From: Bugula neritina
Taxonomy: Eukaryota; Animalia; Bryozoa
DNA: 64,000 nt
Reading direction: 5' to 3'
Assembly: GCA_964035545.1 (NCBI GenBank)
Contig: OZ037768.1
Location: forward strand, 23,221,319 to 23,285,318
This document shows, piece after piece, positions 54,301-64,000 of this stretch. The position numbers and the translations under genes are program-made. Below the pieces are notes generated by a model. That model worked only from the letters and a program-made list of their open reading frames with translations, searched no databases and was not told the origin of the DNA. Numbering within the stretch: the first letter of the stretch is position 1; every line of letters begins with the position of its first letter.

Positions 54301-54835
54301 TTTAAAAATCTGTATTTTCACGGCAAGCTCTATACGTTAATATAGAAAAATAGAAGACAACTCTTCTTTCAGATTTTTCATGTGCCACGGTCACGTCAAT
54401 ATCAGTGCTATTAACACATATATTTTAATTCATTTTTTCTGGTATATTGAGTTGAGATTTTTTTTAAATATTTTGTGAATGCAACTAAAAAAGTATGAAC
54501 TTTTAATTAACAGTAATTGATTTTATCGAAATAACCTGGATGCCTACGATGTTTAAGCCCGAGTCTTAGAGTAAGAGTTGGCAAGTTAGTGTTACACTTA
54601 CTGTTAGTGTTAGTTGATCACAATGATTGAAATTGGAAAAAACACTTACTGCTTCATCTGAAGTGTCATCCAACTCGCTGGTTTCGTTTAACAAGGCACT
54701 TTCCTCATTTACCAAGCTTGCTTGATTATCGTCTCCCAAATCTTCAGACAGTGAATTATTTGTGTCTTCCACATAATCTTGATCTTCCCCATCGCCATTT
54801 TCGCCTGTTTGTGCGGGTTCGCTATGATCCGACAT
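45365..54835 (-). CDS. PABPN1: Nuclear poly(A)-binding protein 1, ~240 aa
   Basis: Exons 54835-54650, 48217-48038, 47107-47001, 46477-46390, 45845-45718, 45398-45365 in frame. Acidic N-terminus, coiled coil [76 protein letters not shown]-rich tail ending YYSPY. Confidence 0.97.
46208..46386. repeat. Purine/G-rich repeat (GGGAGAGTAGAGGGA-like) at the PABPN1 intron 4 donor
   Basis: Many GGG runs on the + strand directly next to the donor at 46389. Confidence 0.85.
46500..46826 (-). repeat. 42-47-bp tandem repeat duplicating the PABPN1 exon 4 acceptor and first ~23 nt, 7 copies
   Basis: Minus-strand unit ..TTACATGCAG|GTACGCTTACATAGAGTTTACTG|TAATAT matches the exon 4 start GTACGCTTACATAGAGTTTACTGAC. 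Confidence 0.92.
47127..48022. repeat. 22-bp minisatellite (TATACTATACAGTATGAGAGTA) x ~40 filling nearly all of PABPN1 intron 2
   Basis: Array occupies ~900 of the 930-nt intron 47108-48037. Confidence 0.97.
52003..52606 (-). pseudogene. KolX-like (P2X7 cytoplasmic-domain-like) ORF remnant inside the Kolobok element
   Basis: Frameshifted, stop-containing segments EEWCK*..ECCQSC..TYHPGVF and [30 protein letters not shown] resemble my recollection of the WC..C..ECxCC..CITxHPxF / YRxxxxW..LxxxxRxPLPxC pattern. Confidence 0.65.
53873..53919. repeat. Perfect 47-bp palindrome (23-bp arms, 1-nt centre)
   Basis: AGTAAGACATAATATTACCATTA-G-TAATGGTAATATTATGTCTTACT. Confidence 0.95.
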
Positions 54836-55738
54836 AACAAACACCCTGAGCAAGTTTTTATAGAAGCTTTTGTTTTAAGAAATACATATATTGTGGTTCT
54901 TGATGATTGAATTATAACATTGTAAAAGTTGGATTATTTTTTAAATATGTATAACTTAAAAGCCAACTGTATTGTTGGAAAAAAGTAGGAATATTAAGTA
55001 TAAAATTGGACTCGCGACAATCTGTTTCTCCAATAATCTTAAAAACAAGATGTCGATCGTGGCTCATCGTAGAGTCCTTAGCTTTATGATACTTTAGGAT
55101 CCAAGGTTATGTTTATTGAAGCTCAGAAAATAATATTAACTCCATCACTTGGTTATAGTATTCAGGAATTTGTGTAAAACCCTTCTAAGGTCAACTCTAT
55201 CAACATACTGATAAAATTAAAGATACTGTCAACTTTAAAGCGGCTTTACAATGTGTTAATTGGTTGTGTACATCATATTATAGGTTCAAGAAATGGCTTA
55301 TTTCAGAGAGACTTGGACGGAATGAATATGTATCACATGTATATACTGTATACATATACTGTATGCATGTTCTGTATGTATGCACTGTATGTATAATATA
55401 TATGTATATAATTATTGTATTTGTTGCCATTTTTATATAGTAATCTGATTTTAGATTTGATCCTAAAGAATAATTGTTATGGAGTTGCCTGCTCACAAAA
55501 CAAAGCAGCAGAGTCTAGAACTTATATCCATAGAGCTAGAGAAACATCATGGAGTGTAGTAATTACAGGTTAAAAAGGAAAGATTAATTAAGTTGGTATA
55601 TTTTCACTGTTAGAATATGCTCATAATATCAGGGCTGTAACAACTCAACAACAGTAACAAAAAACAACACAAAAATAAACAGAACACAATATAGCCATCT
55701 AGTAAACAGTGGAGTAAACAGAGAAGGTAGGGAAAGAG

Positions 55739-58700
55739 TTATGGGCAAGGGAGGGCATGCACGCAGTGGTCTATCATGCAGAGTCGTTTGTAGTAGAGTC
55801 GAATGACTGAGTGACGATGGCGCTTGACTTGAGTCGAGACGGAGGTGAACGAGACCTCTTCACACTTTCCCTCCAAGTATCTGTACCAACCATTGAGATG
55901 TGTGTTGTAGACATCAGAACCATAGTACACTTTATCACTGCTTCCTTTACATACTCGGTATACCACTGAAAGGATCCATAACAGTTAATTTAACCAATCA
56001 AATTGTATTTTATATTCGAGGATGTTATGTATGCGGAGTGCAGAATAAATGTATTACATCATAAAAACAATATCCTATAAAACTTTGTGACAGTTCACTG
56101 TCTGACCAATTACAATCTGACAGAGGACCGTTACCTGCGTGCAGCTGGTAAGACTTGGCATCAGACGGCAAATATTTCCTGGCTGTCTGGGAAAGCATTT
56201 CTAAAATACCAGAAGATGCTGTTTGAATAAAGAAACTTTTGCAATCATGTTGATTCATGTTTCCAATTCAGGTAATCAAGTAAACAAAGCTGCAGTCAAA
56301 CTAGACTAAATATTCTAAAACAGTGAATGATGTGAACAGAATAGCAGCAATGTAGAAATACTGCGGACAGTCACAGAGTCTGAGAGAGTATCGTATGACT
56401 CACCGTCCGTCAGCTCAAAGAACTGACTAATCTTGAGATGATGAGAGCCGGCCACGTCTATCATGAGGATGTAGGGAGACTGATCTATGGAGATAAACTG
56501 ACGCTTACAAATCTCCTCCTCACTCATCCCCCTCCGAACTCTCGAGCAGTAGAAAGTTTCTCTGAGGGCCTCTTCAATGCTCACCAAATTCTTTTTCTTT
56601 CCCTAAAACAACGCAGACTTGCCATTTTTATACCCTGTAAAAACTATTTGCATATAAATTAAATTTCATCTGCCTTTACATTTACAGTTGGCGCTACACT
56701 GCCACAGTACTTCAGATGTACTACACACAAACTACAGGTGTAGTGGTTATTCTTGTATATAATGGCTATATATGTATTTATTGTTAGAGCCAGCTTGGGA
56801 AACGATGTAGAGTTCTTCCTTGGTTTAATAGTGCAAGTTTGCATTGAATAGAGGACAACTCCAGAGTAGCAAGTGTAATATTTACCCTGTTGACAAACTT
56901 GAATATTCCAACAACACAGAAGGGACTTGCAGATGACATGTACTTTATGTAAGGCCAGTACTGCCTGCATTTCTCCACGTTGATCCTGTACAGTCCTACA
57001 AAGAGTTGGGAGATGCTCTTTGCCTCCTCTAAAACATACAGATGACGTCAGAATTGGCGCTATAATAAAAAATGATTATTGAAATAAGACGATTTGCCAG
57101 GGTTTTATTAGCTGTGTTACTTTCAACGGTAACACTTTTTAAATTTAGTTTAGTTGAAAATACTCTCTCGCCATGTTTAAACACATAACCTGCTATGTAT
57201 GTATGACTTCTTGCATTAATTGTGCCAAGAAAAATTTTATGCATTGGGCCTTCATTGTTCCATAATGCCACTGTTGGAGTTATCCACACTACAGAGAGAT
57301 AGCGTTTGTATGCAGCACAATGTCATCACATGGAGTGGATTGCTGATACAGGAAAACAAGAGGAATACAAGGCACTATTGTGAGCTGTTGGGAGTTGTCT
57401 ATCTAAATCAAGGTGTACCCTACACAAGCGAGACAGTTACCTGTGGGATGGAGATAGTCCAGCTCTTGGACTATGAATTTGATGAGCGAGCAGGTAGGCA
57501 GGTCGCATTTGGCCTTCGCCACTTCACTGTTGGCAATCAGCAGGTGAAGCACATCCTGCATCTTAGAAACTATTCCGTGGAAATTCATCTTCTCTGTGTA
57601 TGCAATCCTGAAACATAGCAAGTCTACAAGATGCAGATCTTCTAGCAGTGTTAGAAAAGAAACATTTGCTAATATTTGTAGAGTTCTTGTGCTTTTATAG
57701 CCTTACGTTTTCAAAGTCACCGTCTCGATTGGGAACTCACACTATGCTAATTTACTTAAAAACATTTTCACCAAAACAATAACAAAAATCAATAATGTTT
57801 TTATCTTTCCACTCCAACTACACAGAAATAAAACTAAAGCCTCTATCTTTCCAAGCCAGCAGTGATTTAGTGCAGCACACTGCAAATCATTCAAACAACT
57901 ATTTCACAGGTATAGTGTACTATATGCTCATATTAGTAATTAGAGATATATATATATATATATATATAGATTTATTTTACAAGTTTGGAATTTGTGATAA
58001 TTTTATTGTCAGATCTTTAAAATACTCCCCATATACATCTAACAGCAGGGGGAGATAAAACTAAACATACAACACTTACATCGTATCTAAAATTGGAGTT
58101 TGAGGACTTTTCTGGTATCCCTTGACAAACCTCTCACATAAGGATGCCAATACCAGCTGGATGGTCGAATTCATGAAGTTGAATGCCAGGGAGCTGCTGA
58201 AAGGGGCTGCCAGAAACAAACAACATACACTATGACATATATTACAACATACACTATGACATATATTACAACATACAGTATGACATATATTACAAGCTAC
58301 ACTATGACATATATTACAACACGCAGTATGACATATATTACAACACATTATGACATATATTACAACATACATTATATGACATATATTACAACACACACTA
58401 TGACATATATGACAACACATTATGACATATATTACAACACACACTATGACATATATTACAACACACACTATGACATATATTACAACACACACTATGACAT
58501 ATATTACAACACACACTATGACATATATTACAACACATTATGACATATATTACAACATACACTATGACATATATTACAACACACTATGACATATATTACA
58601 ACACACACTATGACATATATTACAACATACACTATGACATATATATTACAAGCTACAAGGTATCTTTTTCATACAGTTACACAAGTTTGAAAGTATCATT

Positions 58701-60852
58701 TTAGATAGAGAGAATAATATATAAACAGAAGATGTTTTTGCAGCTCAATTCTAAAGGGTTGTACTTATGAGGAGTTGAAATGTTATTGCAAAGAAACCCC
58801 TTGTAAACCAGTACACTTATGGAGTTGTCTTAACAATGACAACTTCAGCTCGGATATGTAATAAGTGATGATTACAGCGCTGGAAAATCAATGAACTAAT
58901 CAAATTCAAATTGAGACATGTAATATTGGTAGCCATACTTGAAGAGGCTTGGAAGACTTCGCAGTGAGTGTACAGGGCAATCATCTGGATAGGCAGCACC
59001 AGCGGAGGGACGGCAGAGTTGGCTGTCTTGGCGCAAACTTGGCAAGACTTGTGACCTCCTTTACAGTGCATACAGTCTGCCGGCAGCACAGCTCTTCTAT
59101 CAACTGGCAGCGCTGAGGGCAAGGACGTCTAAAAATAAAAAAAGTTACGCTCAGTTCAACCACTTATTGGAACACAACGAGACATGCCTGATGATAAAAG
59201 TTGGTTTCTTTACAAATATTGAAAAACCTCGCCCGTCCATTCAGTTTTAGTATGGCCGCTGCGTCTTATTTAGCTTCAACAGATTATTAACCAAAAGACA
59301 ACTTGCCCAGTTGTTGTTCTGGCCCTCAAAGGCTGGGGGCGAGTAGTAACCAGGGACTGGGCCAGACTCCAATGCAATCACACTAAAGCCAGCAATTCCT
59401 TTGATGGAGATGTTCTCCAAGTAGGCAGGCCAGTTCACAGGCTAAAAACCACAAGCAATGGTAGAATCTTAACAGAAGAAATTGATGTGTCAAAAAGGGC
59501 AATAATGGGGAAACTGAGAAAAGCCTGTGTTCTAGATAAAAATTGCAGAAACAAATTATAATTTCAACCTGCAACCCAAATTCAATAACTGGGGCAATTT
59601 TAATTTATATAAACTTCATCAAAACAAAGCAAAGTTATATGTATCTAGTTAAAATTACTTAAGAACTAAATATAGTTGTGACTAGTTTAGGGATTACTGA
59701 GCCATGAGATGAGCAAATGACGTTTAGAGTTGGTATTTTCCTCAGCCATGCCTACCTGTGGTTGGTTCAGTTGTATAGGCATCTGGTGAACCATCGGCAT
59801 TGCCTGGGGAGTGTAAAGCTGTGGAGGAAGCATATTATAAGCCTGGTAATTAGGCGGACCAAAATCCTGCGCCACATGCACCGGTGATGGAAGCATTGGT
59901 GACAGCGGCAGGGAATTGAATGAAGCAGTCATTATTGGTTGAAGCATGGGCTGCACTGGGTATTGCAATAGAGGTGACATTGGCACAGGTTGTAGCTGTT
60001 GAGCATGGCGATCAGGCACTATGGGTGACACTGGTCTTGCAGGTACTTTCATGGTTGCAGCAGGTGATTGGGTAGATGCCACTGTAGGATCCTGCAGAGG
60101 TCTCACAGTATTCTGCTGGGAACTTTCTGGTGTCGGTGCATCGCTGATTGAATGGGAGATTATGGGTGTCGACCGCACATTTCCGGGTGTAATTGGCGAT
60201 GACCCGACTTTTGCAGAATCTTGCGTAGAATCAGGCGAAGGTAGTGAGCCATCCGAGACGTCGGCGTTTGTTGACGGTGGAGAGGAGCTTGAGTCATCAC
60301 TTGGATTAACACTAGTGCTATCTGCAACTGTTCACAGCAGTTATGCCAAAGTAGATATATATTCAACAATGACACATTATAAAGTATAATAAAATATTTC
60401 AAATCTATTTCTCACCTGCAGTTTCCACCTTTAAACTGGTTTTCCAAGGAAACTAAAAAACACAAGAGTTATTAAATGCATGGAAATACAACTCCTATTT
60501 GGGCAGTTGGAAAAAACCTTTCACTAAATAATTTGGGACTTGAATAAACTTAGTAGCTGTGCTTAGCTTCCTGATTGGCCTAAGCCATGCTGTTTTGTTG
60601 CATTATTTGAACAGGGAATAGCAAGCGACATAGAAAATATTTTTAATACATGCCAAGTTTTTGTAAAATCCACTGTATTTACACCATGATTTCATATTTT
60701 GAATGCCTTGAGGGTTTTTTAATTATAAAAATCAACAAGTTTGCAGAAATACAGAAGTTACTTACGGTTACAGTAGAGGAACAGTTACTAAGATAACTAG
60801 ACAAATCCGCTTCTCCCTTTTCTTGAGTTGTAAAACTTAACTTACTAGACAT
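55739..60852 (-). CDS. USP10-derived paralogue lacking catalytic residues (candidate pseudo-deubiquitinase), ~649 aa, 11 exons
   Basis: Exons 60852-60766, 60452-60416, 60327-59756, 59441-59307, 59128-58939, 58206-58080, 57607-57441, 57028-56886, 56602-56404, 56200-56135, 55965-55739 give 1950 nt with no internal stop. Co-linear with neighbouring USP10: TPILDTM/TPVLDAM, ISQLFVGLYR/ISKIFGGLLR, SIEEAL/TIEDAL, YQLHAVVY/YKLFAVVY, LYYKR/LYYKR. Confidence 0.85.
58220..58652. repeat. 22-24-bp minisatellite (ACAACACACACTATGACATATATT) x ~18 next to the exon 6 acceptor of the USP10 paralogue
   Basis: Visible tandem array ending ~12 nt from the acceptor at 58207-58209. Confidence 0.95.
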
Positions 60853-62089
60853 AACAGAAGGCAAAATTTTACAGCAACAAATAACTTAATGTGAAACTTT
60901 TCTTTTCCAAGCAGGAATGAAGGACTAAAAAGCTTTGGAAAGCTACTTAAAAATAGCTTTCCTATTTTCAGCTTTCTACCTATAAAGCTGATAGCCCTAC
61001 AGCTATGTTATATCTGAAAGCTCATTTTATAGAAGTAAAGCCTGAACATGGGGGGACTATTAATATTAACACTCTGTAAAAAACCAAAAGCCCTAAGTTG
61101 ATTTTTCAGTTACTCTTTCGGGCCAACAAGTTATTTAGTTTTGATAGCAAATAAGGCTTTGGTTGAGTTTTCACATGTATTCATTTATTATGTACAAAGC
61201 TCACACCTCACCCAGTAAAGAATCTAAAAAAAATTTCCGAGCTTTGATATACAATTAAACTATACAATTACTTCCAGTCATTTTCAAAACTACAATTGAA
61301 GTTTGGTGACCACTTTTAATAAAAAGATTGCAGTAGTTTTGAATACACTTTCTTGGACAGACATGAAGAAAGAGCGGATATATAATTTGAGAAATAAGAA
61401 TTACATAATGCACACGATCATAATGCAACTTGTGTACTTGCCATTCTAACTGCCAGAGTATATCATGTACTTGAACACACTAGTTTAATAATGTAGCTTT
61501 GCAATTAGAAAAAATTCACTAAAATTTAAGACAATACATCAACATGGCTGTTAATCAAAGTATGACAATCTCAGAAAAATAGTGAATCTAAACTTTGGAC
61601 AGACAGAATAAAGAAAGAGGGTTTGGCAGACCCAACTGAAGAATCTCGAAGAGTTATAAAATAATTTAGACTTAATACAATCATGACTTAGCTAAAATAC
61701 ACATGTAAATTTATAAAGTGATACTACAATTTGATAAGCAGACACTGCATGCAAGTACCTAGTTGCACCGTGTCAAAAGTAAATAAGAGTTATATATTTA
61801 TTATTAACGTAAAAACCTATTTTAGTATGTGAGACTTGCATCAATTTGAAGACAGAGTAGTGCCTTTAGGCAACAGCAGCTGCAGCCTCGGGGATGCCAC
61901 ATTAAATCACAATCTGAAAGCCGGCAGTCTTGAGCTATTTGCACACAATTTGATTGTATAGTCAGAAATTGAGTGTTCAGCATTTCATTCTACCTGCCAG
62001 TATTTCATTCTACCTGCCAGTATTTCAGTCTACCTGCACTAAGCAAGGTAGCTCTTGCTATCAGTGTTTCTATTTCCAAGTATGTGTAT

Positions 62090-64000
62090 CTAGCACCGGA
62101 GTTTGGACGACATAGACGATTGCATCTGGTTGTGGCCGGACTGCATCATGTCACTTCTCTTATAATACAACAGGTAGGGAACACAAGGGTGTCTAAAGTC
62201 CAGCACGTCTTCAGGAGCGATTACTTTAGTGGAGTTGTCGTCAAACTTCACCCACGACTGCGTGCCGTTATGAAAGACGTCTGTGTGGTAATGGCCCCCG
62301 GTGGTCTTGGCGCCAGAGTGGTACACCACTGTAACAGAAACAAGGTGGGATACACCACTGAAACTCAACACAACAAAACACACCATGGCTTCCGCACACA
62401 ACACAATGCACATCAATACATCGAAATGTTAAACATGAAAGCTTTCCGCACCTGCAAACAGCTTGTATCTCCGCTGCTCCAAGGGGAGGGGTCTCTTCTG
62501 TGAACTCATCAGCTCTGTAAGAAGTCAACAGGAAATAGTTTTAGAGTCACATGTGTAGAAATAATGAGCTGCACATTCAACAGGCTGACAACATATAATA
62601 AAATAACATTTCCTATACTGCTGGGAGGACATAACTAAGCAGCTTATACCACGTACTATAATTATACTACATACAGCTGGCTGTTACTACGTACCGCCAT
62701 CAAACTCCAGAGTTTCACTGAACCTAAGGCTGTGAAGCACTTTCTGCGACCCGCCATCGATGTCGTAGACGAAGCACTTGAGGTGCACAATAAGTATGGG
62801 TGGCAAGAGTTCAAAGGTCAGCTTCCTGTGAGCATCCAGCAAGGTCTTGGTCTTAGGGCACTGGTACCCGTCAATAATCTCTTTGCTCACGAAATCCTTC
62901 AACGCATCTTCTATCGTATTGCCACTGGTTGTCTGGAACACACAGCGGACACTTTATAACTTGATTACTACATAGTAACTAGAGTTATCTCCCCACTGCA
63001 CAGCTTGTATTGAGCTATTCTACTACAGATTGCCACTTCAGTCTCACCTGCACGTTGAGAGGAACTGTGAAGAATGGCTCCAGCACTGCTGAGTCCGTAT
63101 TCTTGCCCCCAGTGGACAGGGAGGACCTGAGGAGGCCCCCGAATATCTTGGAGATAGGCGTGCTAGTCTTGTCCACGTTGCTGGCCGTGGGAATGGCCTT
63201 GTTCCTGTGTCCCACCTGCAGCCACTCGCCGTCTTCCTCGTCGTCTGAGCTGGAAGCCTCGTTTCCGTGCCCGTTCATCTGAGACACTGCAAAGGCAATC
63301 AAGTGAGCTGGTATTGGAAGGGTAAACGTATGACCAGAGAGACTGAAAGGTAGACTAGAAAAGCTGTATTGATATGAGTTCAGAGTTCAACCAGTTGCAC
63401 TGAAAAAATTACCAATCAACAAGACAGAGACGGGGGGGGGGGAGAGGGAGAAATTGTAAGACAGACTAACACGTGTTTCTACGTAACGTACCTGGCGAGG
63501 ACTTGCCATGGCGCAGCAGAGCCCCGATCTCTTCGTGCAGTTTATTCAGCAAGCATGTGAGGAATTCTTCAGCGTCCTCCTGTTTCCCCCTTTGAAAGGT
63601 ATTTTCAGAGGTCTTCAGTTTATCCAGCACATTGTACACCGACACGGGTTCAAAGGGCGCTCCGTGTTTCAAGTCTTTTTTGCTTCTCTTTTTATCTTCT
63701 ACTTTTTCAAACTGATTGACAAACTCAACCCTGTAACACACAGCATACTCAATAGCCAATCAGAACACAGAGATTTACCACAACATCAAAGTCAAAACAA
63801 TCTGCATACTTAGATATGAAAGCGAGACCAGTGTGTCACTGTCATTGCCATCCAAACTGAAAGCTGAGTTAGACAGGGTCTACAAATACTCACATAGCAT
63901 CGAGCACTGGAGTTACCGGCCCCTGTCTTCCCAGTGGTGGATATGCAGGCAGAGATTTCAGCAGTTGGTAAAAAGGGGGACAGGCTAGAAGTGACTGGAG
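62090..64000 (-). CDS. USP10: Ubiquitin carboxyl-terminal hydrolase 10, 3' part (5' end beyond the window)
   Basis: Exons >64000-63894, 63730-63492, 63286-63048, 62932-62695, 62514-62452, 62328-62090. LQSLLACPPFY, GKQEDAEEFLTCLLNKLHEE, TPISKIFGG, LPPILIVHLKCFVY, His box VVYHSGAKTTGGHYHTDV..WVKFDD..YLLYYKR. Confidence 0.93.

Larger units (their letters stand above)
49214..54552. mobile_element. Decayed Kolobok-type DNA transposon (~5.3 kb) in PABPN1 intron 1
   Basis: TTAA at both ends (49210-49213, 54553-54556); 24-bp TIRs AGGCCGTAAGCATCCAGGTTATTT vs ACATCGTAGGCATCCAGGTTATTT (20/24 identical); internal KolX-like remnant. Transposase not recognisable. Confidence 0.75.

Noticed and set aside
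49214-54552. piggyBac assignment for the TTAA-flanked element
   Set aside because: Ends are not CCC..GGG, and the KolX-like remnant favours Kolobok.
58232-58543. MTYITT/HYDIYYNT repeat ORF
   Set aside because: Minisatellite translation; only 58206-58080 on the minus strand is a real exon.
61973-63813. Plus-strand ORFs of 75-176 aa
   Set aside because: Antisense shadows of USP10 exons with no independent motifs.

Overview
AT-rich, intron-containing animal genomic DNA, most likely a compact-genome invertebrate (the species cannot be determined from sequence). It is not prokaryotic, and most entries in the ORF track are exon fragments or repeat artefacts. Hand-splicing at GT/GC-AG sites gives, in order: a tRNA-derived SINE and a probable decayed gene; an intronless UDP-glycosyltransferase (-); ceramide synthase (+, 8 coding exons); ORMDL (-); a small single-pass PPxY membrane protein (+); QTRT2 (-); a hAT-type foldback element; a divergent SWEET/SLC50A1 (+, absent from the ORF track); PABPN1 (-), carrying a decayed Kolobok transposon in intron 1; an 11-exon USP10 paralogue (-); and the 3' part of USP10 (-). 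Top findings: (1) an intact ~649-aa tandem duplicate of USP10 that shares five intron positions and phases with its neighbour but has lost the catalytic Cys, His and Asp (a candidate pseudo-deubiquitinase) and carries an extra CxxC..CxxC segment; (2) a UGT-CerS-ORMDL sphingolipid-related gene cluster; (3) tandem decoy copies of a PABPN1 splice acceptor plus exon start; (4) 22/24-bp minisatellites abutting splice sites and hexamer-periodic tracts at gene 5' ends. All family assignments are from motif recognition; no database searches were run.
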